Assembly (NCBI GenBank): GCA_037308085.1
Contig: CP147779.1
Location: 1,760,001-1,824,000 of the forward strand
Length of the DNA stretch: 64,000 nt
Source: Promethearchaeati archaeon SRVP18_Atabeyarchaeia-1
GTDB taxonomy: Archaea; Asgardarchaeota; Atabeyarchaeia; Atabeyarchaeales; Atabeyarchaeaceae
Reading direction: 5' to 3'
In this document: positions 1 through 10,747 of the stretch, piece after piece
Position numbering within the stretch: the stretch's first letter is position 1
Layout of the letters: every line of letters begins with the position of its first letter
Notes under the pieces: generated by a model
Told to the model about the DNA's origin: nothing
The model's database searches: none
What the model saw: only the letters and a program-made list of their open reading frames with translations
Position numbers and translations under genes: made by a program

Positions 1-1235
1 TCATAGACCTTTTCGTCCTCCTTATCTGACTCAGCGGCGTCGTGTTCCACGTCCCTGACTTTCTCTTTTAGCTCGCTAAGCTCCCTGTAGTATTCGTGCT
101 GAATTATCAGGTTCATTATCTGGCTTGTGCCTGTCCAGATCATTGCAAGCCTCGAATCTCTGAGAAGTCTTTCGATCGGGTAGACGTTTGTGTATCCGAT
201 TCCCCCGAGTATCTGCATCGAGTTGTTTAGGATCTCCCATGCGGCTTCCGTTGCAAACTTCTTGGCCTCGGAGGCCATGCGGCGCTGGAGTCCCGAGTCT
301 TTCCGCTCATCGACTGTGCGAGCTGCGGCGTAAACCAAGCCTCTTGCGGCATCAAGTAGGGTGATCGAGTCGGCAACCATGAAGCTGACTGCCTCGAACT
401 TGTTTATTGGCTTTCCAAATGCCTTTCTTTTCTCGCTGTACCTTGCAGCTATTTCGATGGCTGCCCGGGCAGTGCCGAGCGCTCCTGCTGCGCTGGTCAT
501 CCTCTCAGGAATCATCATTTGCCAGAAGACGTCACTGGCGGAGTTCTCCTTCCAGAGCAGGTTCTCCGCTGGAACCTTGACGTCGTCGAAAACGAGTCTC
601 CCCGCTCCTCCTCCTCGAGTGCCCATAAGTCCATAGACGTAATCGGCCCTCACTCGGGGGCCTCTGTCTACTAGGAAGGCGCTCAGTGATGCGTGACCGG
701 GTGCATCGCTCCGCGTTTTTGCATAGGCGAGGAAATAGTCGGCACCATCGGCTCCAACCACGAACCGTTTCTGTCCCTTCAGAATATAGTCTTCGCCATC
801 CTTCTTCGCCACAGTTGTCGTTCCGAAGAAATCTGAGCCTCCTCGGGGCTCGGTTAGCGCCTCAGCGCAACATAGCTTCCCTTCGAGTGTGGGCTTGAGA
901 TATTTCGCTTTCTGCTCATTAGTTCCAAATACATTTAGTGCCTCTCCAACGATTATTGGAAGTGAGAATAAGCATCCAAGCGACATTCCAAGGACCCCTA
1001 TTTCCTCCAACGCGAGCACGTCGTCTACCCACTTCAGACCTCTTCCACCGTATTTGGGAGGGAATCGGAGTCCAAGCAAGTTTCTCTTAGCTAGGTTCTG
1101 CACGTACTCCTTAGGGTATCTGACCTTATCGGCGTCCATGTCGATAAGTAAGCTTCTTGGGACCTCATTCCTGACAAAATCTCTGACTTCATCCCTGAGC
1201 CTTCTCTGCTCAGGCGTGAGAAGCGCATCGAACAT
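1..1235 (-). CDS. Acyl-CoA dehydrogenase (3' end runs off the window edge)
   Basis: Not in the ORF track. Manual translation from ATG at 1235: [21 protein letters not shown]...[10 protein letters not shown]...LKGQKRFV...RKAFGKPI...MQILGGIGY...[20 protein letters not shown]; no stop before base 1. Confidence 0.93.
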   Translation of the reverse strand, partial: MFDALLTPEQRRLRDEVRDFVRNEVPRSLLIDMDADKVRYPKEYVQNLAKRNLLGLRFPPKYGGRGLKWVDDVLALEEIGVLGMSLGCLFSLPIIVGEALNVFGTNEQKAKYLKPTLEGKLCCAEALTEPRGGSDFFGTTTVAKKDGEDYILKGQKRFVVGADGADYFLAYAKTRSDAPGHASLSAFLVDRGPRVRADYVYGLMGTRGGGAGRLVFDDVKVPAENLLWKENSASDVFWQMMIPERMTSAAGALGTARAAIEIAARYSEKRKAFGKPINKFEAVSFMVADSITLLDAARGLVYAAARTVDERKDSGLQRRMASEAKKFATEAAWEILNNSMQILGGIGYTNVYPIERLLRDSRLAMIWTGTSQIMNLIIQHEYYRELSELKEKVRDVEHDAAESDKEDEKVY

Positions 1236-1315
1236 TATATCGTTATCCTCCGCGAAATCGCTCACGGATCCATTCTGCCTATAATTGTCCGGACATATAA
1301 ACGCTTAGAAGTCGG

Positions 1316-2077
1316 TCAGGGTCGTCCGGAGGGGCTTTTGCCTCGTAGCGTATCGGTGATGAACTTCGTTAGTTTGCCTCTTTCGACAAGATAGTAGCGC
1401 TGCGAATTTGCTGTCTGAGGAACAAGTTTGTTCTTGATGATTATGACCTTCATTCCAGTCCTCAGTGCACCATCTACATCCGTCCCAGGGTTATCCCCAA
1501 TCGAAACACAGGACGCGGCATTAGTCTTGAGCCTATCCACTATCAAGGTGTAGGGCTCAGCGTCAGGCTTCACATTCGCCGTTTCCTCTCCTGCCACCAC
1601 TGTCGCATCGAACATCGCTGCCAAACCAGACGCTTCAATTCGCTCAGTTTTCATTCCTTTCGTTCCGTCCGTGTCGCTTATAAGGCCAAGCTTGATGCCT
1701 TCACGCTTGAGTGCCTGGAGCATGCTCTTCGTCCCAGGATAGATGGTTGATTTCTTCTTGATCGATTCCCAGTACAGCACCGAGGTCTCCGTGATTGCTG
1801 ACTCAGGCAGATCGGCGGGCTTACCTGAGTACCGCCTTAAGACCTTGGCCCACCATAAGTTTCTGTCATAGATCCTGTTTTGGTGCATCTCGATGTCGAT
1901 CTTCGAGATTATATCGGTCATCTTTCTTACATTATCTTCGCTGTCGTGCCATCCTAGTTGATCCAGCAGAAAAGCCGAGACTTTCTTATGGGTGTTCTTG
2001 CGAGGAGTAAAGGAGTCCACTAGTGTTCCATCGAAATCGAATACAGCAGCGCTTTCTTTTAGCATGTTCTCCGCCAT
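1316..2077 (-). CDS. HAD-superfamily hydrolase
   Basis: FDFDGTL motif I, KP motif III, IGDNPGTDV motif IV. Confidence 0.9.
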   Translation of the reverse strand: MAENMLKESAAVFDFDGTLVDSFTPRKNTHKKVSAFLLDQLGWHDSEDNVRKMTDIISKIDIEMHQNRIYDRNLWWAKVLRRYSGKPADLPESAITETSVLYWESIKKKSTIYPGTKSMLQALKREGIKLGLISDTDGTKGMKTERIEASGLAAMFDATVVAGEETANVKPDAEPYTLIVDRLKTNAASCVSIGDNPGTDVDGALRTGMKVIIIKNKLVPQTANSQRYYLVERGKLTKFITDTLRGKSPSGRP

Positions 2078-2099
2078 ATATAGGCTTCACCGATTCCAC

Positions 2100-2363
2100 T
2101 CACTGATCATTACTTGAGGGGGCTGGCACTGATGCTGCGTCCGCTTTTCTTCTGTCTGGCAACTGCGAGTAGTTTCCATCAGAGGACCTGTATACGGCAA
2201 TTCGTGCAACCGACTGCCAAACGTCTTTTTCAAGCTTCCTGATCTCAACGCGGATGACCTCGGATTTCGGGTCACTTCTTCCCTGCCAAACTGACAAGTT
2301 CAGAAACTCCCCGGTTGAAAGCCGGGTAGAGAAGCGAGCTTTGGGATAATTCCGTTGTTCCAT
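2100..2363 (-). CDS. Small hypothetical protein, beta-rich; possibly PC4/PUR-like nucleic-acid binding
   Basis: GGAGGA SD upstream; LNLSVW...IRVEIRK...W pattern; the fold is a guess. Confidence 0.55.
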   Translation of the reverse strand: MEQRNYPKARFSTRLSTGEFLNLSVWQGRSDPKSEVIRVEIRKLEKDVWQSVARIAVYRSSDGNYSQLPDRRKADAASVPAPSSNDQ

Positions 2364-2433
2364 CTCAGCCTTCCTCCTCCGAATACCTCATTGATAATAT
2401 TGTTTTCACATGTCTATGAATATTGCTGCCATG

Positions 2434-2736
2434 CTACTCTTTCTCCATGATAGAAACTCTGAAAGAGTGCAGGTCCCCAGCCATTACTCCCTTCTTGATC
2501 GCCGGGTCATTCTTCATGAAGCTCTCTGCATCCTTAATGGATGTCGCACGGAAGATGACAATCCCGAACTCTCCATCCAAGCACGGACCGGCTAGAATCA
2601 CTCTTTTCTCCGCCAAGCCCTTCTTCAGGTACTCGAAGTGTTCATCGACGACTGCCTGTTCCTTGGGGGAGAAATTGCCAAAGGCTTCCCGTCTCGTCAG
2701 CCTTAAGACATACGCAAAAGTTGGAGTCTCATTCAC
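2434..2736 (-). CDS. YciI family protein
   Basis: EHFEYL...LAGP...DP motifs. Confidence 0.85.
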   Translation of the reverse strand: MNETPTFAYVLRLTRREAFGNFSPKEQAVVDEHFEYLKKGLAEKRVILAGPCLDGEFGIVIFRATSIKDAESFMKNDPAIKKGVMAGDLHSFRVSIMEKE

Positions 2737-2932
2737 TTGGATCGCCTATAGTCTACCCCTTCATGGCTGGGATTGGGATCATGATCTACTCTCTAAAATC
2801 CCTTGTGGTCGAAGGCACGAAGCAGGTACGAAGAGTCAAATAGTCATCCAAACTTACTTGATCCAGTCTCACAGCAAACGTTATTTGGGATCGAAAGCCC
2901 TACCGTTCTGATGGCTTTCGTCGGATTGCGAC

Positions 2933-4249
2933 ATGATGTATGAGATCTACGGATTCCCGCACTGGGAAGCGAGGGGCTCAACTACGACAGACCTGATGGT
3001 CTATAATACCAAGTCTGAAAGGAAGGAAAAGTTCGAACCTTTAGAAAACAAGACAGTGAAGATCTATGTATGTGGTCCGACCGTCTACGATGTTCCTCAC
3101 ATCGGTCATGGAAGGTCATACGTCTTCTTCGACGTTGTAAGAAGGTACCTAGAGTTTCTCGGTTACCGGGTCACCTTGGTAACAAACTTCACTGACACAG
3201 AAGAGAGCATAACTAGGCGAGCCCATGAGCTTGGAAAACAACCTGCGAAACTCGCTGAAGAAATGATTCAGGTCTTCCTCAAAGAGATGGATCAACTCGG
3301 CGTAAAGAGAGCCGACATTTATCCGCGGGTAACAGAGCACATCAACGATATCATCGATATGGCACAACGCCTAGTACAGATGGGGTACGCCTACGTTGTT
3401 GATGGTGAGGTCTTCTTCGACGTCAAGAAGGCTGGAGGATATGGCGCCGTAGTGAATAGACCAGTTGAAGAGTTAATTGCAAGCGAAGGCGGAGAATCAG
3501 TTCCCGCCGCTTCCAGCGGGAAACGGAGTCCCAGCGATTTTGCGTTATGGAGGAAGGAGAAGCCAGGGGAACCGTCCTGGGAGAGTCCATGGGGGCACGG
3601 CAGACCAGGATGGCACATTGAATGTTCAGCAATGGCAACCAAGTACCTTGGCTCGATGATAGATATTGAGGGAGGAGGACAGGATCTCATATTCCCTCAC
3701 CACGAGTGTTCCAGCCTCATCTGTCAGACCCGCTTTGGAAAACCCTTCGCCAAGTACTATTTGCACAATGGATTCATAACCGTAAATAAGCAGAAGATGT
3801 CGAAGTCGAAGGCCAACTTCGTGACCCTTAGAGAAGTCTTGAAGAAATACGATTATCAAGTTGTTAGATTTTTCCTGCTCAAGAGACGGTATAGAGAGCC
3901 ACTTGAGTATGACGACAAAGAGATGGCTGAAGCGGAGAGAAACCTTGGAAGAATACAGGCTGCCATCAAGAAAGCTGTTAAAGCGTCCGCAGCCAAATCT
4001 GGCAAGGCGTGCATAGAAGCAGAGAAGAAGCTCGTCAGTGAACTCGTTGAAGCCAAGGGCAAATTCATTGAAGCCATGAACGATGACTTGAATACCGAGC
4101 AGGCCGTCAATACACTTCTGAGAGTTTCTTTGTGCATTGAAGAGTTTGCAGAGACATGCAAGCGCTTCACGAGCGAGGAAACGGGTCAAGAGGCAAAAGC
4201 CATTTGCAGGCAGTTCAATGACGTGATGGGAGTCTGCAGGAAACTGTAG
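2933..4249 (+). CDS. cysS: Cysteinyl-tRNA synthetase (start may lie slightly downstream)
   Basis: YVCGPTVY, PHIGH, GRPGWHIECSAM, DLIFPHHE, KMSKS. Confidence 0.97.
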   Translation: MMYEIYGFPHWEARGSTTTDLMVYNTKSERKEKFEPLENKTVKIYVCGPTVYDVPHIGHGRSYVFFDVVRRYLEFLGYRVTLVTNFTDTEESITRRAHELGKQPAKLAEEMIQVFLKEMDQLGVKRADIYPRVTEHINDIIDMAQRLVQMGYAYVVDGEVFFDVKKAGGYGAVVNRPVEELIASEGGESVPAASSGKRSPSDFALWRKEKPGEPSWESPWGHGRPGWHIECSAMATKYLGSMIDIEGGGQDLIFPHHECSSLICQTRFGKPFAKYYLHNGFITVNKQKMSKSKANFVTLREVLKKYDYQVVRFFLLKRRYREPLEYDDKEMAEAERNLGRIQAAIKKAVKASAAKSGKACIEAEKKLVSELVEAKGKFIEAMNDDLNTEQAVNTLLRVSLCIEEFAETCKRFTSEETGQEAKAICRQFNDVMGVCRKL

Positions 4250-4442
4250 AGTGAGTTCAGCACGACGTCTAATATCCACAGAATTCTTGTTCTCCACCTT
4301 CATGGATTAGAATACATATTGCGAATCGGAGATCTCAATTTCACTCAGCAAAAGACAAGATGCAGGGAGGTACAGGACAAAAAAAGGGGGAGAGAATCAT
4401 CGAAGACGCTCATTCTCCGGTTCTCTTTTGCAGGTCGGATAG

Positions 4443-4646
4443 CTATTTCGGTTTGACTTTCTTAACAGTCAAGTCTATCAAAGGGGCGTTGACATTGTTC
4501 TTGACAGACTGCATGCCCTCCATAGCCCCTTCTCTCTGATGATATGACTGGCTCGCTTGTGCGATACACTGACCGTTCGCAGCCCTCAATCTGAACCTGT
4601 ACTTTCCGCTCTTACCTTTGAAAAGCTCCCACTTACCTTCCGGCAT
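4443..4646 (-). CDS. YegP/DUF1508 family protein
   Basis: WELFK...YRFRLRAANGQCIA..SQSY...G..SVK; GGAGG SD. Confidence 0.88.
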   Translation of the reverse strand: MPEGKWELFKGKSGKYRFRLRAANGQCIAQASQSYHQREGAMEGMQSVKNNVNAPLIDLTVKKVKPK

Positions 4647-4919
4647 TTAGAAAACCTCCCTTTATGTGTGCTGACTTGTATATCGCTTCATCTATAAAAA
4701 CGCTCCCAATCTGGAATTGCTCAACTGGCTGTGGGAGATCTGTCGGTGGTCGTAAGAGAGAGGCGCTTTCTCGCACCGGGATACTTGTTTTGATGTTGGC
4801 GCGATGTCAATATCCTTATAAGCGAAGTTTTATCTCGCGTGAGTGAAATCCCAGATTTCGGCGGAGGGAAGCGGAGTGGCGCCGCGACTGGATTTCTGGT
4901 TTTCTTGCTTGGTGGAACC

Positions 4920-6344
4920 ATGGGCAGAAACGAGAAGCAACGCGCTACCGTTATCGGAGTCGTTGCGGCTTCTTTTTTGACTGGGATCAAGCTGATCGCA
5001 GGTATACTGAGCAATAGCCTCGCTGTTCTAGCTGAGGCGGCGCATTCAGGTCTAGACCTTGCTTCAGCGGCTCTCGGGTTCTTCGCCATAAGAGTCTCAA
5101 GTAAGCCTGCCGACAAGGAGCACCAGTATGGACATGGCAAGGCTGACACGATAGGAGGGTTCTTCGCAGCGCTTTTTCTTCTTGTGACATGCTTTTGGAT
5201 CATCTCGGAAGGTTACAGCAGACTAGTCCATGGAGGAGTCGGGCTGGACATTACTCTTTTGACCTTTGCCGTGATAATGATCTCGATAGCCGTGGACACC
5301 GAGAGAACAATAGTATTTCGCAGAATCGGAAAGAAAACCGGAAGTCCAACCATCCAAGGGGAAGCCCTGCACTTTGCGAGCGACATTGCGAGCTCATTTG
5401 CAGTGCTAGGTGGGCTCGCCCTCGTGAGCATTGGATACGTGAGTCTCGACGTGTATTTGGCGCTCGCCATAGCGGTGTACTTTGGGTACACCAGCATACA
5501 CCTAGTGGTCAGCAGGACCAATGAGCTTATCGACAGAGCCCCATCCCAGCTTCGCGGTCAAATTAGACGCATCGTGAAGTCGGTTGACGGAGTCGAATCC
5601 TGTGACCGGGTACGCGCAAGGAGAAGTGGTTCCGAGCTATTCGTCGATCTCGTCATAAGCGTCCATCCTAGGACGCCATTCGTCGCGTCTCATAGAATCG
5701 CCTCCAAGGTTGAGAAGGCAATCAAAAAAGAGTTCAAACAAAGTGATGTTGTCGTACACGTCAACCCAGGTTTCTACGGAGAAGAGATCATAGACGAAAT
5801 CAGGGAACTGGCACTTGCTGAAGGCGCCTCGGGGGTACATGGAGTTGAGATAGAATCCCATGGAGAAAGCCAGCGGATCAACTTTGACTTGGAGTTCCCA
5901 GGATCAACGTCGATTGGCAGAGGTCATGAAATTGCCTCTAGAGTGGAATCAGAGCTGCGAAAGGCGTTTCCAGAAATCACTGTAGTAACCACGCATCTTG
6001 AGCCAGAAGAGACAAAACAAGGGGCCCAGAAGGTTGATAGCAGGACACTCGTGGACAGAATCAGTGCCATAGCAGAGTCGAGAAAAGGTGTCCAGAGCTG
6101 CCATGAAATCTATGTGACCAAGATCGGCGATAATCTGCATGTGAGCATGCACTGCAACTTCGATGAGCGTCTCACGATCGCGAAGGTTCATGACATAATT
6201 TCATCATTGGAGCAGGAAATAAGGAGAGATTTGAAGGAAGTCGCCGATGTCACGATTCATTCTGAACCTATGCCCCTCAAGCCATTGTCGACGATGCCAG
6301 TAAAAAGTGTAGAATCAGACAAGAATCTGGGAAAAGCAGGATAG
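4920..6344 (+). CDS. Cation diffusion facilitator (FieF-like) with three C-terminal metal-binding/dimerisation domains
   Basis: AEAAHSGLD, KPADKEHQYGHGK, HFASD; three H..AS.VE / VH.EP-type repeats. Confidence 0.92.
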   Translation: MGRNEKQRATVIGVVAASFLTGIKLIAGILSNSLAVLAEAAHSGLDLASAALGFFAIRVSSKPADKEHQYGHGKADTIGGFFAALFLLVTCFWIISEGYSRLVHGGVGLDITLLTFAVIMISIAVDTERTIVFRRIGKKTGSPTIQGEALHFASDIASSFAVLGGLALVSIGYVSLDVYLALAIAVYFGYTSIHLVVSRTNELIDRAPSQLRGQIRRIVKSVDGVESCDRVRARRSGSELFVDLVISVHPRTPFVASHRIASKVEKAIKKEFKQSDVVVHVNPGFYGEEIIDEIRELALAEGASGVHGVEIESHGESQRINFDLEFPGSTSIGRGHEIASRVESELRKAFPEITVVTTHLEPEETKQGAQKVDSRTLVDRISAIAESRKGVQSCHEIYVTKIGDNLHVSMHCNFDERLTIAKVHDIISSLEQEIRRDLKEVADVTIHSEPMPLKPLSTMPVKSVESDKNLGKAG

Positions 6345-6361
6345 GCGGGACTAGGCCCGCC
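6344..6361. terminator. GC hairpin between convergent genes
   Basis: GGCGGG-ACTAGG-CCCGCC at the CDF stop codon. Confidence 0.4.
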
Positions 6362-6425
6362 AACACTTCGGACAAACACGAACAAAAAAGCCGATCCTCA
6401 AAGAGAGGTATTGTTCCGCTGCATC

Positions 6426-7163
6426 TCATTTCTTGAGGAGTCTAATTGTGTCTTTGTCCGTTCTCGAAACTATGCCTTTCTGCTCAAGCGATTCGATTGC
6501 CTTGGTCACGCTAGCAGAATTGATCTTAGTCGTCTTCTTCAGATCGTCTATCGAGATCTGACCGTTCTCACCGATTAGCTTGGACACTATGGTGACCTCA
6601 GGAGGTTCGGATTTCGTCTCACTCAACAGGAAGTGCGTAATCGGCTCCTTCTCCGACAGCTCCTTGGTTTTCCGCTGGAACTCGCTCCTTGCGTTCTCCA
6701 AGGTTTCAAATTCCTTTTCGTTTGAAAGGTTCAAGGTATCGAGGTTCCCATGGACGCTATTTGACTCTTTTTCGAGCTCCACGAGTTGAGCTTTTAGCGC
6801 ATCGGCTTTGGTCTGATATTGTTGAAGGGTACTCTGCATCTTGTCAATTTCCTTCTGGTTGTTTTTGATATCGGAAGAAGCTGATGAGTATCTCTTTTCG
6901 GTTTCCTTGGTCTTCTGCTCCAGCTGGTTGACTTCCGTCTTCAGTTCCTGCCTCCTCTCTTCGAGTCTCTCAATATTCTCGTCATGCACACCCATTTTCT
7001 TGTTGAATTCTCCCTGCTCTGCGCTAACCCTGACCGCTGCCTCTACGACCTTCCGGCTTTCACTTGAGAACGTGTCCCTTGCCTTTTGGATCGAGTTCTC
7101 CAGCTCGGTTATCCTCGCCTCGCTCTTGTTAATCAATTCTCTAATTTTGTCAATTTCGGACAT
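6426..7163 (-). CDS. Coiled-coil protein with C-terminal winged-helix domain
   Basis: ~180 aa heptad-rich E/K region, then ISIDDLKKTTKINSASVTKAIESLEQKGIV. Confidence 0.8.
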   Translation of the reverse strand: MSEIDKIRELINKSEARITELENSIQKARDTFSSESRKVVEAAVRVSAEQGEFNKKMGVHDENIERLEERRQELKTEVNQLEQKTKETEKRYSSASSDIKNNQKEIDKMQSTLQQYQTKADALKAQLVELEKESNSVHGNLDTLNLSNEKEFETLENARSEFQRKTKELSEKEPITHFLLSETKSEPPEVTIVSKLIGENGQISIDDLKKTTKINSASVTKAIESLEQKGIVSRTDKDTIRLLKK

Positions 7164-7191
7164 TTTGCTTCAACCTCCAATGTTCTAACTC

Positions 7192-7935
7192 TCAATCCTC
7201 CAAGTGGCGGAGAACTCTGACGTCTCCCGCCTTCGAGTCGTACTGGAGAAATGCCTTTTTCGCTAGCGGCTTGATTATAGACTCGATTTCATTCCGCTTC
7301 AGCTGTGTCGTAGTCTCAAGATGCTGCATGGTAGTCGTGGACTGCTCCCGCAGGGCATCTATCACTCTGAGTTCGGGGAAGGATACTGCCTTCTCCTTCG
7401 CGAGTAATCGGAGGGCATTATGCTTAGCTCCCTTCGAAGCTAGTTCCAGCTGCGCATTATCGTGTGATTCTCTTAGAGATCGAATATCTGAGTCGTGCTT
7501 CTTCTTGAGCGATTGGAGCTCAGACTTCAGCTTGTCTACCTCGCGTTTCTTGTCATTCACGGATCGCTCTAGTTCATTCACTTGCTTGGAAGCGACTGCG
7601 ACTTCCTCTTTGATGCTCTCCAGCTTATTCTGGAGTTCCTTGACCTTGTCAACCTGCTCCGTGCTTGAGGTCTTCTCAGTGTAGGTAGATTGTCCCGAGG
7701 ATTTCCTTTTCTCTAACTCATCGATCTCCTTTTCGGTCTGAGTTACCTTCCTTGTCTTCTCGTCTTCGGTCTTACTCCTGTCTTTGACTTGTGACTCAAG
7801 GCGCCTGCCGAGGTCTGAGACTGCATTTAATGCATCGGATAGGTTCTTGGATTCCCTGTCCACGGCGGACAAGGCGTCTTTCATCGCCGCTTTCATCTTG
7901 TTAAGAGCAGATGTCATATTTGTGATCTCGGACAT
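7192..7935 (-). CDS. Coiled-coil protein with C-terminal winged-helix domain (paralogue-like partner of the previous gene)
   Basis: Heptad region, then PELRVIDAL...TTMQHLETTTQLKRNEIESIIKPLAKKAFLQYD; TTTAAATA TATA box at ~8006-7999. Confidence 0.8.
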   Translation of the reverse strand: MSEITNMTSALNKMKAAMKDALSAVDRESKNLSDALNAVSDLGRRLESQVKDRSKTEDEKTRKVTQTEKEIDELEKRKSSGQSTYTEKTSSTEQVDKVKELQNKLESIKEEVAVASKQVNELERSVNDKKREVDKLKSELQSLKKKHDSDIRSLRESHDNAQLELASKGAKHNALRLLAKEKAVSFPELRVIDALREQSTTTMQHLETTTQLKRNEIESIIKPLAKKAFLQYDSKAGDVRVLRHLED

Positions 7936-8613
7936 ATTAGAAAATACCCCCATTCTTATCCATGTGGATGCTGATGGAATATCTCATTGCTAAACGCATA
8001 TTTAAACAAGTAGAACGGGAATTTCAAAAACCACTTCCTCTCTTTTTCTGGTGCGGCACTCCAAGTACTAGCGGGCATTGACTTTCGAGCTTTAATAGAG
8101 AAAGCACAGCCTGAGACTGCATCTTCAACCACGCAAAAACCATTGTCGTCGAGCCGATTTCTTGCCTGATCAATTGAAGGGAAATTGGCTGGCTCATGAG
8201 GAACGAACCTGAATGCATTTGAAGTCCATTCAGCTACCGCACACACACCGTTACCGCACGAATCACCGGGTTCGGTGGGCTGAGAGGGATGCCTTGGTCT
8301 CGCGATTGCATGCCGGGAAGCGATGCTTGCTGAGACCCTTTTCCTAATCTCGCCCATGTCGTATCATGGCCACGCTGCACTAGAAACGTGGCTAGCGCTA
8401 ATGCACGCGTTGCTCACTGGAGTTCTCAGACGGCGGCAGAAAAGCAGGACGAGATCAATATGACGACCACGAAATGGGTAGCCCTCCAACAAATAGGAAA
8501 CCGATATCAGACACCTCGTCATCGTTAGTTGACTACGTACAGGTTCGCTTATCATGAACGTTGGAGAAAAAGAGGAATGAACATCGGATAGGAAGAGATC
8601 ATGTGCATTACTC

Positions 8614-9000
8614 ATGGCAGCGGCAATCATGGCAACGATCGTCACCGCAACAGCAACCACAACACTCAACCCCACGGCAACACCAACAAGAACACCACAA
8701 ATCAATGCGACCCCAACGATAAACCTCACAACACCTCCACCACAAACGGAGTGGAGCAGGACGTACGGAGGAACAGGCGATGACATTGCGTATTCGGTTC
8801 AGCAGACCTCCGACGGTGGATACATCGCGGCAGGATACACGGATTCCCTCGGTCTCGGGTCGCGTGACTTCTGGCTCGTGAAGATCCAAGGTGGCGGGGC
8901 AGGGGAAGGACTCCCATTGTTTGTCATAATGGGCGGAGTGGCTGCAGTAGCGGTAGTCCTAGCAATCTCTATAATCGTCCTGAAGAAGAGGAAGGCATAG
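8614..9000 (+). CDS. Membrane-anchored surface protein or remnant: Thr/Pro linker, single beta-propeller-type repeat, C-terminal TM helix and KKRK
   Basis: WSRTYGGTGDDIAYSVQQTSDGGYIAAGYT..DFWLVK repeat unit; hydrophobic C-terminus with basic tail. Confidence 0.65.
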   Translation: MAAAIMATIVTATATTTLNPTATPTRTPQINATPTINLTTPPPQTEWSRTYGGTGDDIAYSVQQTSDGGYIAAGYTDSLGLGSRDFWLVKIQGGGAGEGLPLFVIMGGVAAVAVVLAISIIVLKKRKA

Positions 9001-9488
9001 GCATGAGTCACGTTCTCTAACCTAGCTTCTCCCCCTATTTTTCTGTTGGGATTGCAGCTATCTCTTTTACTGTACTTCTTCTTACTGATCGCAGCATAGA
9101 GCCCTAATTGTTTCAAAACAAGTATGGACAAGAAGTGTTGAAGTTGAATCGAGAACACTGGGAAGCTGAGATGAAGAAATACGGTACAGACTTGATGAAA
9201 CATTCCTAGCACGCTTCTGAAACGCAGGATCCAAGAAGGATACAATACAGTCTCCGTGTGCACTGCAAAGATGAACGCATATTTGAGCCAGAGGAATGTG
9301 GGTGATAGAAATCCCGTTCGCATCTTTCTAAACTGAGGGGAGAGAACCGCTGGATTAGTCTTCTGGAAAACGGGAGGTAAAGCGTTCTCTCCACGATGTC
9401 CAGGAATCCATGCAGAGCTGGAATAGCGGCTCCATGTTGACCTTATCCGTGCTTCATCAGCCTAGATCGGTTGGAAAGGATGCATAAT

Positions 9489-10592
9489 CTAGTCAGGAGC
9501 AAATTTGTACTGGCTCAGTCCCAGTTCGGACTTCAATGTCAGCAGATCCCTGAGGATGCTTTTGTTGATTGGGATCCCGTTCTTGCGTCTCTCTAGCTCG
9601 ATGTAGTACTCCTTTTCTCCCGCTGTGTAGATGCGCTGCTGCCCTGGCGCTTTCTTGGAGTTCCTGAGCGCCCTGCAGATGTTGCCTGCAATTCTTCTAA
9701 AATCCTTGAGGTCGTTGAAGCTTTCGACGTTGATGGCCATGAGGAAGTGCCCCAGGAAGTAGGTCTTGGGGTTGTTCAGGTCCTTCATGAAGGGTCCACC
9801 CCAGAGAGCTGCGGAGAGAATCTCTACCGCCGCCGCATAGCCATATCCCTTGTGACCGCCGAGGGTTTCGCCCAGACCGCCCAGCGGGAGGAGAGCAGCA
9901 GTCCCCTTGCTCAGACCCTCTAGGATCTTTGGGCTATCAGTCATTATTCCACTGTGCTCATCGATGACCCACCCCTCGGGGACCGGCGACTCGGTTCTTG
10001 ACAGGACCTCGATTCTTCCTCTCTGTGTAATCGAGGTTGCGCAGTCGATCAGGAAGGGGAATTTCTCATCAGTTGGGATACCGATAGTCAGGGGGTTAGT
10101 GCCCATCATGGGTTCTACGCCGAAGGTTGGTGGTATGGATGGTCTTGCATTGGTGACCGTGATGCCGATCATGCCCTCTTTGATGGCCATCATGGAGTAG
10201 TAGCCTGCGATCCCGAAGTGTGTTGAGTTGCCAACAGAAACCGCGCCAGTTCCGTATTGCCTCGCCTTCTTGATGGCCATCTCCATGGCGCGGTATCCTG
10301 CAACGTGACCCATTCCATGGCCGACATCTATCCTAGCCGTTGTAGGTGTCTCCTTTAGGATCTTGATCTTAGTCACTGGTGACTGGACACCAGTCTTTAT
10401 GCGATCATAATACATCTTGAGTCTTTGAACTCCGTGGGACTCAATTCCTCTGAGATCCGAGGTGATCAGCACCTCGGCGCAAATCGCGGCATCCTCTTTT
10501 GGACAGCCGACCTTAAGAAAGACATCCTTCATAAAGCTCTCTAGCGTTCCCGCGTCGATATGGATGATCTCCTCAGTCAACCTAGAAAACAC
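9489..10592 (-). CDS. Ldh_2 (malate/L-lactate/sulfolactate dehydrogenase-like) oxidoreductase
   Basis: DLRGIESHG, STHFGIAGYY, GTNPL, GGHKGYG. Confidence 0.92.
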   Translation of the reverse strand: MFSRLTEEIIHIDAGTLESFMKDVFLKVGCPKEDAAICAEVLITSDLRGIESHGVQRLKMYYDRIKTGVQSPVTKIKILKETPTTARIDVGHGMGHVAGYRAMEMAIKKARQYGTGAVSVGNSTHFGIAGYYSMMAIKEGMIGITVTNARPSIPPTFGVEPMMGTNPLTIGIPTDEKFPFLIDCATSITQRGRIEVLSRTESPVPEGWVIDEHSGIMTDSPKILEGLSKGTAALLPLGGLGETLGGHKGYGYAAAVEILSAALWGGPFMKDLNNPKTYFLGHFLMAINVESFNDLKDFRRIAGNICRALRNSKKAPGQQRIYTAGEKEYYIELERRKNGIPINKSILRDLLTLKSELGLSQYKFAPD

Positions 10593-10747
10593 CTTCTAAT
10601 CTGATATTCAGTTTATCTTCTTGAATCACATATTGAGAATAGATTCTTGCGGATATATGAAAACTGCGGATGCTGGCACGGAAGCGCCTGCCTAAAAACT
10701 GAAATATGTGATGCGGCAGAGTTCTTTTCAGGAACGAGGTAGTCTTT

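Noticed and set aside
7956-8560. Possible decayed SAM-methyltransferase on the minus strand (..LDDNGFCVV..SIKARK)
   Set aside because: The resemblance is weak, it is interrupted by a stop, and no motif I is visible; unsupported without a search.
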